Shown: positions 10,685-23,947, counted from the whole stretch's first letter. The stretch is DNA of 63,663 nt, filler included, from Pseudovirgaria hyperparasitica (GCA_010093815.1; 12 parts of 11 records of this genome joined end to end with filler, not necessarily neighbours in it), one strand, 5' to 3'. Translations and numbers: made by a program. The notes: a model not told the origin generated them from the letters alone.

Positions 10685-11284
10685 ATGACCAATCGAGGTG
10701 ACCGAGCATCTTGCTGGGACACGCTTCTTGCTATGCCTAAGAAGGTCAGAATCACTGGGAGAGCAAACTTTAGCATGACTTTTGAAGATGCTGCAGTGTT
10801 AGACCCACATCAGCTTGCACCTGCCCTTTCTAGCGAAGAAATACAGAAGTGGACTTGCCTAGGCTTCATATTGAAGTCCTGCCTTACAGTAGACGATACA
10901 CTGTATCTCGGCCCCATCTCCGACGTCTGCCTTAGATCACTCACACGATGCAGGCATTCTGCGACTCGGTACCCTCTTAGGGCGCCTCGTACTACGATTA
11001 TAGATACCTCCGGCCGGACAGAGATCTTGCGGAAATGGAGCGCATCGCAAGACGCGCACAGATTCAACACGGCTTGGCTGCAATGGCAGGCGTTCATTGA
11101 TGATGTTCGAAAAGTCAAGGTTATCACAAGTGTGTTTAAGCATTGGGTGGAAAGGACGAGTACTCGAAAGAAGATGGTAGCAGCCAAGTACCAGTTTAAT
11201 ACGAGCTACCTACAAACATTATTCCTGCTACCAGGTACCTATTTCCACCCTCCATTGCCATGGCCCACACATCCGAGTTGTTAA
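10685..11284 (+). CDS. Hypothetical 199-aa ORF
   Basis: Open frame only; no recognised motif; 3' end overlaps the dsRBD-like gene on the opposite strand. Confidence 0.2.
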   Translation: MTNRGDRASCWDTLLAMPKKVRITGRANFSMTFEDAAVLDPHQLAPALSSEEIQKWTCLGFILKSCLTVDDTLYLGPISDVCLRSLTRCRHSATRYPLRAPRTTIIDTSGRTEILRKWSASQDAHRFNTAWLQWQAFIDDVRKVKVITSVFKHWVERTSTRKKMVAAKYQFNTSYLQTLFLLPGTYFHPPLPWPTHPSC

Positions 11285-11604
11285 ACCGGCTATATTCAAG
11301 ATATTTCAGAGCGAACTCGGCGGCTTCATGCTCAGCATTTTTGATATAGTTGCCATCATACCAGAAACGACATGAGAATAAAAGTCGACCGATAATTATA
11401 TGACCCGACCAAGCTGTGCGTCTTCCTAAAAGTTGGTGCGTCAGATTGTGGATCACTATGGATTCTTTTGCAGATGAAAGGCAGCATACCGCGCTGTTCG
11501 GAGCATAGATACCAGCGTGGGCTCGATAATCTCCAATTGAGGCAAAAGTTTGTCAGCATTGCCTGGTATGAGACATGCCGTGCGGCGGCATGATCGTAGA
11601 ACAT
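11196..11604 (-). CDS. Small double-stranded RNA-binding-domain-like protein (114 aa, 2 exons)
   Basis: Exons 11604-11490 and 11425-11196, intron GTATGC..CTGAC..TTAG; spliced YQAMLTNFC...SEQRGRRTAWS...RFWYDGNYIKNAEHEAAEFAL resembles the fungal RGGRTAWS/RFWYDG/AxEDAAExAL dsRBD-like family. Confidence 0.7.
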
Positions 11605-14114
11605 TATGCGGATAGCTGCAAAGGTGAGAGGGTCTTGTACCAGGAACAAAAGTTGAGGAGTGGAAAGTGAAAAGTGGAAAGAATTCAAGTCGTGTGTTAG
11701 ATCTGTGCGGGAGCGTAAAAAGGTATGAGGAGTAAATCTTCAGCAGATTGTGAAAGATTAAGCCCTCATCAGTGACGGCAAAGCCGAATCTCGATCACTC
11801 AGCATCTAGAGCATAATTGTCTTTCCTCGCAAGTAGCGAGCCGACCAATAGTCGGCCTTCCGCTCCTTCCCCTTTCTTTTTCTTCTGGGCGCCACTCGGC
11901 CTCCTTGCGTTCCAGAGTGTGACAGGAGTACCATAACACCTCTTGGACAAGCTGTAACCACTTCCCCTTGAGACGATGGAGGAGGCAGCTTTAACCCCTG
12001 TGTTCGTCCCACGGAATGCTTGCCAAATACCGATGATGGACCATTCGACATGGAGATGGTAGGTTGGATTTTCACCAGGTCGGTGTTGCGGAGTATTCCG
12101 TTCAGATGCACATTCCTCCATTGGTCCAGTACCGATGAATCTATCAAGTCTCCTTAGAATTCGTATTAGCTATGTGCCATCTGGCTGTGACAGACCCATT
12201 GCAGAATTCCACATCCTCAATGGCCGGCCTCAGCTTTCGGAAATCCTCTAAGATTTCCCCGATCAGATCATGTTCCCATTGATCTTCTCAACGTTAGTTA
12301 TGGCTGTCCATCGAGACGTGATTGGAAGTGGCCGTACAGAGAGGCCCGCAATTGCAAATGCATGGTCGTGTAAAGAAAGGCTTTGTTGTTCGATCGTGCA
12401 GTAGGACGACGGCGCGATCCGTCGTTTTCCTAGAACCTGACGAGCTTGGCATTTTCCATTTCACGCGTGTGTTCTCACCCCAAATCTTCCATGGTTATTT
12501 TACCTTTCTACCTCTATTTAGAGGTCTATATATTATAATATCTAATTTTTAAGCTCTAAACGATTGAAGTACTTCGTTCATTAGCTCTCATAATTGCGTA
12601 AGATGCGAGCGGTCGTACGTGGTGTGATTTTTGCTTCCCCATCTCGATAAAGGCCGATGAAAGTCTACTCAGCGGACCAAAATGACAGGAGAATTGTTCC
12701 AAGTCAAATTGTGGAAGAATAAGCCCATGTCGAACGTATAGAGAAACGAATGCAGGCACATATTAACGAACTGACTACAGAGAGTTGTGGTACTCTCTCT
12801 TATCCAATGACTTGGTAAAAGAACCCACTTAACTCCATCACATCTAAGGGGAGGACGGGAGTGGGTGACTGGATGCATCAACATGGCGTACTTTGTCTCA
12901 ATGGATCCTGTAATTTGTGTATCAATGCATTGGAAAGATCAGTGGGTCCAACTCTCACTACAAGTGCTCTCCCAATAATGGCTGCTTAATTCGTATCATC
13001 CAGCCAGATATACTGCAAATCAACAATATTGACACACAGGTCTCCCAATTTCTGCACTCTGTACTTGTGCAAGATCTTCGGTCCCAAGTCGTGTATAGAG
13101 CGCACGAGTATGCACAGGCAGAATTGTGCTCGGGTCACCGTGTACCTTGTAACATGGTGGAGCACCTTGTACTTGGGAATATGGTAGATCACTATATCGC
13201 GCTAGCGACTGTGATCGTGCGCTCTGTAACACGGTGGAGCAAGTGATTCGGAACATGACGGGGTGAGCTGCATTGCGTTAGTAGCGCCGAGCGCATATCA
13301 TGACCTTTCGAACATGGTGGAGTGCACGGTGCCGTGCAAGTAACCCCCCGTTCGTGAACTCTGGAACATGGTGGAGCAAGATCTAGCCCGTCACACTGGA
13401 GATCTTGGAGTTCTGCTTTCAGGACAACATCATCCTGGGTCGTCTCATACGTCGCACCGGCTACAGAAAGGCCACACTCTCGCTTCGCCTCATTCTTAGG
13501 CACGTCAAGCCTTTGAACCCCCCAGACGAGATCATGATGATACCCAGCTATATGGTAAGCTGCTCTTGGCGGCAATCCATGCACCCATACATCGAAGCAA
13601 TCCAACGAGTCCAGCATGGATGTTAGGTTCCGATCCCCACCCACGCTGGGATTCTCTGGTCGAAAATGACATATCTTGAGTCGGAATGCCAGGTTGGGAG
13701 GCAGGAGGACTCACTTTTGATCCCGTATACGACGATCAGTAGTGCCAGTGCTGCTTCGTCGCACACCAGCCGCCAGTCTGCGAGTCTATCAAGGGTCAAG
13801 ACCACAGCGTGGTTTCAGGCATGCTCTGGCGCGGGGCGTAGCTGATGGACAGTCTACAGGATCCCTGCTCCACTGGGCAATCGGAGTGCTGGTCCGGCAA
13901 GGAGTGTCCTGGCAANNNNNNNNNNNNNNNNNNNNNNNNNNNNNNNNNNNNNNNNNNNNTTAATTAATTAANNNNNNNNNNNNNNNNNNNNNNNNNNNNN
14001 NNNNNNNNNNNNNNNTTCTACTCTACTCTATTCTATTCTAAGGAAACTACTAGAGCTATAGAACGTATACGTACGTCTAGAGGTCTAGAAGATTCCTATT
14101 ATTAATTAAGAGAA

Positions 14115-14352
14115 TGTTAGGACGGGAACCCTAACGGACCTATATAGACCATTCTAATCTATGCAGCCACGTAGCGGCCAGAGCTAGGATGAGTCAGCTA
14201 GGTTAAGCGAGGTCACTATATAAGTGGACCGTATAAACCGATTCCTACTCGTTAGGAATCAACCTCATATGAGAGTAAGACTATTCTACTAATACATTCC
14301 TATGTCTCTCTATAAACTATTAGACTACTATCCCACGTCTTCACTTATTATA
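14115..14352 (+). repeat. 5' LTR of Gypsy A copy 2
   Basis: Begins TGTTAGG, 238 bp, matches 21905-22142. Confidence 0.94.
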
Positions 14353-14699
14353 TTTTAATTCCTCCCTATATAGCACGACGGTAGCTTATAGAGATAGCTC
14401 CTACTACACGCTATAATACCCGTGGTATAACCTCCTACGAGAGACTCTCCCCAAATCTAAACGAGGAAAATAGTCTCCCTACGACCACCTCCACTAATAA
14501 GTATACTCTATAAGCTATCGTACTAATAACTAGTACGGTATTCCGTATAACCGTGGAAGACTACCTAGATAATAAGGAAGGAGTCCATTATACTCCATCG
14601 CGGTCTAGTTCATACTATACTAGATCTATCCTTACTATAAGACTAGACCCTATTAACGTTAACGAACTAATTCGTTAGAACTAACTAACGTTAACCACG

Positions 14700-17600
14700 C
14701 CTCACGATAACGTATATACTAGGCTACACGCGGAGAGATAGCGTTAGGCTTAGCTCGAATAGTAACTTCGCAAACTCGATAAAGCGTAAGAATGAACCGC
14801 TAGACTCGAAGCCGTACTACGCGCTTTAGTACTAGTAGTAACTAACCTATACTAATATGGACTAACTTAAGCCGAAACAGTCTAACTAAGTCTATTACTA
14901 TCCTAGTTACCTTAGCCTAAGAAACCACCTTACTTCGACGGTAAAACTAGAAAGAGCTTTTATAAATAGGCTTACTAGTATAGCCGATTCTTCTACCTAT
15001 TCACGAACGATAGTAATAAGATTAGGTTCATATAGAACTACCTAGACCTAACGCCATCTAAACGTTAGATGGCATATCGGATCGAACACCCTAAGGATGC
15101 GTATAACTAGGACACGTTCACCGAATTCCTTCTTTAATACTTTGGCGATAGAGCCGAGCGACGCGAATAGGCTTAGAGCTATATCTTTAAGACTTAATAG
15201 CGAGAAAGACAATCCCCGTTATAACTCCTCGAATACCTCCGACCTCTCTAGAGAGAAGCTAAGGAAGATTATATGGTTCGATAATATAACGACTTTAAAA
15301 GGTCCCTTAATCTAAGCGTAAAAGAACGTATCGACCTTATAATATCTATCTCTACCGACCTTTAGGCACTCGCGAATCTCGTAGAACGATACTAGCGTAT
15401 AATAAATAACTAACGCCGTATAGGCGCACGACTATCTCTACTAATCCAATCCGATACGAAATCGTCTAAAGAGGACCGGTTTAGTAATAGATCGCACGGA
15501 ATACCTCATAGGTACTACTACTCTACGAACTCGAGAGGACGAGGCCCGTACCGCGGATCTTCCTACCGGTTAATATATTAAGACGCGAGAAATGACTCGC
15601 ATAAACGATCTAAAGTCACCTACTATACTTATAGTAGGATAGACTACATAGTACCCGAGTACCGCTCTAGGAAACCACCGAATACTAATATAGATACTAA
15701 GTTAGTTATATACTATAAGTGCTAGTAGCTAGGACATATCGCGCCTAACTACCCGGTATATAATATAAAAAACTAACTACCTATAAGAAACCCTCGCGAC
15801 TTATAGGCGTAACTAAAATAGAGGGATAACTAGCTAACTAGTACATCGAACTATAGGCTAGGCCTATCGAGGTCCCCCGTGGATAATATTAGACCGCAAT
15901 GCTCGATAGCGGTTCAGCTACTAACGTTATATCGACTTAATGAGCACGAGAACTTAACGTCGATATTTAAGTACTAATAGATGCTACCTTCTATGGCATC
16001 GATAGTCCCATTAAATTATAGAGTACCTATACTATTAAATACGGTATCTAGGATAGCGGGGGGAAGTGGAAACCCTACTACTTAACCTTTATCATGGTAG
16101 ATAGCCCCTTTAATATAATCCTCGGTATACCGTAGCTCGAAAAATATAACCCGAAACTAGACTTCATCTAGAAAATAGCTAGCTGGCGCATGCACCCACT
16201 ATAATAGAACCTAGTATAGCTAGTCGACGACGAATAATTCTAGAAGAACTATAAAAAGGTAATCTCTACTATCTACGTCCTCTTACTTACTTAAAATAGA
16301 GAACTTAGTATTAAAGTAGACGAAAACCTACTACATTAGTATAAAATATACTAATATATCGTGTTAGCGATCGACTCGTCCGAATTACCTTAATACTAAT
16401 CTACTAATCTTACTATTAACCTCGAGGATAGTTAACAACCCCTACACGGACCCATCTACCCTCTATTAGAACCTAAGCTATAGGTTCTCCGAGAATATAT
16501 CGAAAAGAACCTTACATGAGGATAGATTAGGCCTAGTATATCTCTAGCCGGAGCTCTAATCCTCTTTATAAAGAAGAAGGATAGAAGTCTCCGTCTATAT
16601 ATTAACTACCGTAGCCTAAATAACATTACACGAAAGAATCGTTACCCACTACCTCTTATCTCCGAGTCTATTAATAGACTAGGGCGCGCGAAGATCTTTA
16701 CTAAGCTCGATCTACGCGACGCCTACTACCGCCTATATATTAAGAAGGGCGATAAGTAGAAAACGGCGTTCCGGACCCGTTATAGATACTTTAAGTATAT
16801 AGTAGTCCCTTTTGGACTAACTAACGCGCTAGGGACCTTCTAAGCGTACATTAATAACGCGCTAGTAGGCCTACTTAACACGACGTGCATCGTATACCTC
16901 GATAATATTCTTATCTTCTCTAATAACGAAGAAGAATACATCTAGCACGTACGCGTAGTCCTAGATAGGCTAGAAAAACATAAGCTATATATTAAGCTAT
17001 CTAAATGCGAGTTCCACTAGGACCACGTTAACTTCCTTGGCTTCGTTATTACTAATTAAGGTGTAACCATAGAAAGGGATAGGGTCGCTACTATCGTGGA
17101 CTAGCCTAAACTAAAATCGGTTCGAGATATACGTGTCTTTATTAGATTTACTAATTACTACCAAAAATTCGTTAAGCACTTCTCCCGGCTAGTAGCACCG
17201 CTTAACGCGCGTACTACTACTATAGATTCGTCTATTACGGTCCGCGGTAGATAGAAATAGCGTAATATTAAATTATAGCCTATAGAATTATTAGAAGACG
17301 AAAGGGCCTCCTTCGAGAAAATCAAAGAGGCATTTACTACTGCCCCATTACTAGTATACTTCGACCTAACTAAACCTATCCGCGTCGAAACCGACGCGTT
17401 AGAATTTATAATCTTAGGTATTCTCTCCTAGCCTAGACTAACTAAGTCTAAAAAGGTCTAATAGTATCTAGTTACGTTCTTCTCGCGTAAAATAGTCGAT
17501 ATTAAGACTAGATACACTATCTATAACTAAGAGCTACTAGTAATAGTAGAGTCGTTTAAATAGTAGTAATATTATCTTAAAGGTGCCATACACGATATTA

Positions 17601-19570
17601 AGTTACTAACTAATTACCATAACTTAAAGGGGTTTATAAGTATAACGGTTTTAAACCGTCGATAGGTTTAATAGGCTAAGTAGCTTACGAACTTTCACTT
17701 TATAATCTACCATCGACCTAGAAGTATAAACCTAGCTAATAGGATATTAAGAAGACCTAACTATAAAGAAGGCGCCTAGGATCATAGTAGCCATAGGGTC
17801 CTAGAGTAGCTATAGGCCCAACTCTCGAGGACGAGGTTAGATTTTAAGTTATTAGGCGATTAGCGAGATACTAACGTCAATGCCAGTAATCGAATCTCTA
17901 AGACCAAAGCCGGTAACTAAAGACGTGGTACTAAAGTCCCTAGTAGGCCGTTTATTAGCGCTGTCGGGAAGGGCGATAATACCTAGCGTGAATATCTAAT
18001 TAACCTCGCCTAGTTAATCGTGGATCTATAGAAGATAGACCCGATAGTTTTAAAGTTACGTAAAATATAGTAAGATAGGTTATTACAGACTAAAGTGGAC
18101 TATAAGTAGACCTTCGTAGACGGCTTACTTTACTATAATAGAAAGTACTATATACCGACGGGTAACGCGCGATTTAACGTAGTTAGCCGATACTATAACG
18201 CTAACCTAGTAGGATACTTTGGGTATATACGTACCCTAAGCTTAATTCATTAGTACTATTNNNNNNNNNNNNNNNNNNNNNNNNNNNNNNNNNNNNNNNN
18301 NNNNNNNNNNNNNNNNNNNNNNNNNNNNNNNNNNNNNNNNNNNNNNNNNNNNNNNNNNNNNNNNNNNNNNNNNNNNNNNNNNNNNNNNNNNNNNNNNNNN
18401 NNNNNNNNNNNNNNNNNNNNNNNNNNNNNNNNNNNNNNNNNNNNNNNNNNNNNNNNNNNNNNNNNNNNNNNNNNNNNNNNNNNNNNNNNNNNNNNNNNNN
18501 NNNNNNNNNNNNNNNNNNNNNNNNNNNNNNNNNNNNNNNNNNNNNNNNNNNNNNNNNNNNNNNNNNNNNNNNNNNNNNNNNNNNNNNNNNNNNNNNNNNN
18601 NNNNNNNNNNNNNNNNNNNNNNNNNNNNNNNNNNNNNNNNNNNNNNNNNNNNNNNNNNNNNNNNNNNNNNNNNNNNNNNNNNNNNNNNNNNNNNNNNNNN
18701 NNNNNNNNNNNNNNNNNNNNNNNNNNNNNNNNNNNNNNNNNNNNNNNNNNNNNNNNNNNNNNNNNNNNNNNNNNNNNNNNNNNNNNNNNNNNNNNNNNNN
18801 NNNNNNNNNNNNNNNNNNNNNNNNNNNNNNNNNNNGTATTATACCTTTCTAGGCGAACCTCGGACGTAGTCTAAGGATAGGTTTTAAGCCTTATACGGTC
18901 TAATTTAATCGAATAATAGACGTGAACGTCCACGCTTAGGAATTAGCGATTAAAATCTTTGAAACCGCACGCAACTATCGCGCTATAATCTAATAAGTAA
19001 ACGACTCGTATATAAAGTACTATAATAGATTAGCTAAGGATTAGACGTACGAGGAGGGCGACGAGGTCCTTCTTAACGTCCGTAACATACGAACGTCGCG
19101 AGTAAACAAGAAGCTCGATTATAAAATAGCTGGTCCCTTCCGAATCAAACGTCGTATTAGTATAAGAGCCTATAAGCTCGACTTAGAAAGCGATATAAGA
19201 ATCCATAACGTATTCCACGTCTCACTACTCGAAAGATTTCGACCTAACGTGTATAACCGCACGAACGTATAGTTATACTCTATTATACCCTAAGATAGAC
19301 TAGACGTGTTCGAAGTAGACTATATTATTAAACATAGGATCGATAAAGACGGTATTTAGAAATATAGAATCCGTTGGAAGGACTATACTAAGGATAAGGA
19401 CACCTAGGAACCAGCGGTATATATCTTAAGTTCTATAATAGCTACGTATAAGTAAAAGATATAGAATAGCGCATTATTAATATAAATATAGCGACGTCGC
19501 GGTCGTCGTAAAAAGAAGAAGAATGCCGTAGAAGACGAAGTACTTAATTAGAAAATCTAGACGCGCACTA
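14700..19570 (+). pseudogene. gag-pol of Gypsy A copy 2 (RIP stops; ends approximate)
   Basis: Same motifs as copy 1 on the plus strand, e.g. [39 protein letters not shown]. Confidence 0.9.
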
Positions 19571-20112
19571 GGAAAACTCTATAAGGCAGCCCTATAATTT
19601 AAGTATCATATAGTTACTAGACGCGAAGAAAGCGTAAGTAACTATTTTAGAAACGCGACGCGATATACTATAATAGAAGAGTCTAGAATGGACTAATATA
19701 GACCATTATACACGAGAAAAATATAGGACTAAGAACCTAAAAAAGGTACCCTACTATAGAATTAAACTCTTAATATAAAACACAAAAGGTTAGAGTACCC
19801 GAACCGATAACTACTAGGCTACTAGTTCGGGTGCTCTAATAGAATTTATAGAGATAAACTAATTTATATACGGTGCCCACACTTAGGTGACTTAAGGAAA
19901 ATCAGAATATAGAAACCGATAGTTATAAGCGAAGCGAGCGCATACACAATATCGTTAAGTTAAGAATTAAATTACTAGAAACCGGCCGACGGGTATCTAA
20001 ACGGTCTAGAAAGGACTAAAACGGATAAAAGCTAGGTAAATAGAGCCGGCGCGCACCACCTATAGTAGATCTAGAATACATAGAGCTAATACATAGAGCC
20101 AGAACCATAGAG

Positions 20113-21425
20113 CTACTCCTCCATCTTATTATCCGTTATAACCTCTAGTATAGTCCTCTCTAACCGCACGATATAGCGGTAGAGGGTAATAACCTTAGCC
20201 TCTAGAGTAATAACCCGATCCGTTAGAGCCTAGAGGGAAGAGCCTTAAGCGCCGGAGCGTAGCGACTGGGTCTAAAGTTAGCTAACACGATCTAGAATAA
20301 TCTAGAAGGGAATATATACCCTCTTACGAGGCGACTTAGAGGGAGAAATAGTAGACCTCTTACGAGATCCGTTAGTAGCGCGAGACGGACGAGAGGGGAT
20401 AGAGCGAATCCTCTCTACGGCCTCTATAGCTAGGATAGACTCCCTAGAATAGGTAGCCTAGGCGCTAGGGATCTCACGGCGGCTAGAAAAATCAACAGGT
20501 GTTAAAAACAATTAACGTGCTCACAACTTACACTTTAATAACCTCTAGGAAGAGCTTATAGCGCTCCCTAAACTCCCTCTATATAGTAGGTAGATAGCTA
20601 TAAGGACCCCTAAGGGTCTCACGGACGCGAAGGTCGTTATATGTATCTTATATACGCATAGGAACCTAAGAATGTATTAGCGTGGACTACTTTAGATCAT
20701 ACTAGATCAAGACGGCCCATTATACTTACCTATAGATAAGTCTTACTAGTCACGGTATAGCGGCGGTAGCGGGTAGGTAGAGTAAAGATAGGGCGTATAG
20801 GCCCGTCGCGGTTAGTAGAGTAGTAGCTAATACTAGAGTTAGAGCGAAAGAGATATTTAGAGCCGGCCGTATAGCCCTTAATGCACTTATAGTATATTAA
20901 ACCGTAGTTCGCTGTTTTCCTATGGCGTAAACCGCGACTACGTTTAGTATCCTCGGCGACCTAGGCCTTATTATTAGTAGGCTAGGGTTTAGAGCGAATG
21001 TTAAGGTCCTAAAAGGACCTAGAGTAACTAAATCAGTCTATATTAGACCGGAAGGGAGAGCGGCGAGGCGGCGGCGTGGATAAGCGCGAGGGCTCGCGAT
21101 TATCGTCTATAACGAGATCTTCTTCATCCTCTAGAGGAGGTAGAGTAGACGGCGTATACTTTAGAGCGAGAGGAGAACCTACGACCACTTTATCCATAAG
21201 TTTAGTACTAGGATTACCTAGATTAGAGCGACTAGTGGCCATATTAGTAGTAGAGGTAGTAGTAGTAGTAGCCCTAGCTACCCTCTTCTCCGACTTAGAG
21301 CGCGCCTTTATACCACCGCGATGGGTAGACTTCTTAGCCGGCGTGGCCGGGGAGGAGATAATACCTTTAGAGCGAGTCTTACGAGAGGAGGAGGCAGGCT
21401 TAGAGATAGGACTAGTATTAGACAT
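20113..21425 (-). pseudogene. Antisense spliced accessory gene of Gypsy A copy 2
   Basis: Homologue of 2087-3402 (MSNTSPISKPASSSRKTRSKG...); retains the GTAAGT donor lost in copy 1. Confidence 0.75.
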
Positions 21426-21904
21426 CTATATATACATGTTAGCTAGAGATCTAAGAAAGGAATATTCGTCTACCCTTAACGGTAGTTAACGAAGCTAAAT
21501 CAGTAACCGTAATAACGCGAATGGGTCATATAGGACCGGTTCTAACAAGAATAGACCATAATAGACCCTTCTAAACCTAAACTAGGGAAGATAGTATATG
21601 AATTAACGACTTACCTTAAGAGCGAGGTGGATATACTAGAGAATAAAATCAAAGGCGAGCGAAGCTAAATATATGCTCGACTAAAGTAGCGATTACGTGT
21701 CCTAGGTAGTAGCTATAAAGTAAGGGATAAGCGCGTGTATAAACTGGTAAAAGTGAACTAGAATCTCGAGTTTACCTATATTAAGGATAGTTATAATATT
21801 ATAGAAACTTAGTCACGGATATAAAGATATACGGTAGATTATAGAGACTTAGGATTATATATACTTAAGTGCTTCGGGGCGAAGTATAAAAAGAAGAAGG
21901 ATAT

Positions 21905-22142
21905 TATTAGGACGGGAACCCTAACGGACCTATATGGACCATTCTAATCCATGTAGCCACGTAGCGGCTAGAGCTAGGATAAGTTAGCTGGGTTAAGTAA
22001 GGTCACTATATAAGTGGACCGCATAAACCGATTCCTACTCGTTAGGAATCAACCTCGTATGAGAGTGAGACTACTCTACTAATACATTCCTATGTCTCTC
22101 TATGAACTGTTAGACTACTATCCTACGTCTTCACTCATTATA
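21905..22142 (+). repeat. 3' LTR of Gypsy A copy 2
   Basis: Preceded by PPT AAAAAGAAGAAGGATAT and followed by TSD GAGAA. Confidence 0.94.
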
Positions 22143-22556
22143 GAGAAGGATCTAGAATATATAAGGAGGAATATATAAGGAATAGTCTCTCTATGTATTT
22201 AGTTCTCTCTCTATCTAGTCTTTACTTTAAGAATTATACTATATTCTTATTATCTTTAAGCTATACTCCGCCGATCCGTTTATTATATAATAGTCTATTA
22301 CGGCTAGATCCTATTATATAACTCTATTTAGATATATATTCCTTATATAAGGAATATTATATATCTATTTATACCTGCCCTTTTCATACTACTAGACTTA
22401 GTAGTCTTATTCTTCTTATTCTTTTTTAATTCAGGATGCTTTTTAAAACAGGTATTNNNNNNNNNNNNNNNNNNNNNNNNNNNNNNNNNNNNNNNNNNNN
22501 TTAATTAATTAANNNNNNNNNNNNNNNNNNNNNNNNNNNNNNNNNNNNNNNNNNNN

Positions 22557-23095
22557 TAGTCTTGTGGCTATGGTGAGGAGTCCGAACTGTGCTATCAGAT
22601 GCAATGCAGAGGTTTCTCGTGGGTATTCCTGGCTGTGGCCACGAATGCGAAAGCTTGGGATCCATAGAACTTGAGCAGCAGACCGTACAGCGGCTGAGCT
22701 CTGCAGGAAATCACATACTTTGTCGGTAATCTTTTCTTCAACTTCTGCAACATGGCTCCCACAGTGTTTCGCGGCATAGTCCAGAAACAAGTATCTGTTC
22801 TGCCTGGCTTCGAAGCGCGCGTCGTCCGCGCTGCTGCCACTTCTAAAGCTTGGAAAAGACAGATCCGATACGTTGTACAGGTTGTGGCTATGTCCACTCG
22901 CGCGCCAGGTAGCCATCGTTCTCGCATCCACGAAAAATACTCTTGTGTTGTGTAATGTATAAGACGAACGATGCCGCTTTCCGCGTCGATTGCGACAAGG
23001 CTAGCACACATAGAGACAACGTCCTCGATATCGGAAAGATTCTTCATGTCTAGATCAGTATCGCCAGGCAACACGGCAAGGGCTTGCATGAGTAA
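22557..23095 (-). pseudogene. NACHT-ankyrin (NLR-like) gene fragment: winged-helix region and start of the ankyrin region, frameshifted
   Basis: ALAVLPGDTDLD..NLSDIEDVVSMCASLVAID..SGIVRLIHYTTQEYF..IATTCTTY, then a frameshift to FLDYAAKHCGSH...TSALHLIAQFGL. Confidence 0.8.
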
Positions 23096-23947
23096 TCCAG
23101 CCCAAAACATCCGGCGTCGGTTCTCTCGGTCTACTTGCATTCGACTTCTTTTCTCTTCTTTTCGAATGGTGAGCAACTGGAGAATTGATGTACAACAATT
23201 TTGAATACATAGGCTTGCTTTGGAAAGCTCTACGCTGGCTCGAGTAATGGCCTCGTCGGGGTGCTCTCTTATCGACATCCTAGAGAACCACTTAAGCACT
23301 GTCGTATGGGTGATTCTGCGCGACTCACACTTCTCTGCTGTATTGATGCTGTAAATCTGTATCTAGAAACTGTGGATGACCGGAAAGGCAGACTAATCAT
23401 CTGCTGGTGAATCTGGGGGAGTGCCCGCTTTCTTGATCCCGAAACGAAGCCCTCACGGCACTTGCCATCCATGAACTGGAAACCAGGGCTGGCCTACTAA
23501 ATATAGAATCTAGTGCCACGCCATATTGCATGCACAGCGGACAGCTTTCGACATGCCTCCTGTTTTTGGCAACACATCATCGGCACAGCCCAGACGACGT
23601 TGAACAGACCGCGTGAACATGGCCATGCCTAGTCAGACAAGTATAACATAGATCATTGGCTTCAAGGAATGCGTTCAGCTGTTTCCCAATAGGTCCCTAC
23701 TATCTGATAGTACTTGCACAGCAACGAGTCTAAGCTGCGGGGATTCCTGACGCAGGGGGTTTTCCCGCCTCATTAATGAATCGTTAGCTAGTATTGGATT
23801 GTCGGAGACTAGCTGAAAGTCAACGCCCTTAGGAGGGCGCAGGGAGTTTATGCAAAATTTATCTTTGGCACCACGCATAATCCTGTAGACCTTTCAAGCA
23901 AGGAGGAGGTGAGTACGATTACTTGGCACACTGCGACGTAGAGTCAG

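Larger units (their letters stand above)
14115..22142 (+). mobile_element. Full-length Ty3/Gypsy chromovirus, family A copy 2, with 5-bp TSD GAGAA
   Basis: LTRs 14115-14352 and 21905-22142; GAGAA at 14110-14114 and 22143-22147; gag CCHC x2 (about 15615-15755), AAAAAAC, AMLDSG, VYLDNI, RVETDA, AGPF, chromodomain; internal gap 18261-18835. Confidence 0.96.

Noticed and set aside
11795..13260. Several overlapping 60-113 aa ORFs as genes
   Set aside because: No recognisable motif or consistent exon structure; likely decayed sequence
13792..13915. Apparently identical inverted match to 63540-63663 as terminal inverted repeats of a 50-kb element
   Set aside because: It ends exactly at a contig edge and the two copies are separated by many artificial joins; more likely contig overlap or a collapsed repeat
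22148..22430. AT-rich flanks of Gypsy A copy 2 (also 14016-14109, 1-121, 39295-39515) as identifiable elements
   Set aside because: Clearly RIP-like but too short and mutated to classify
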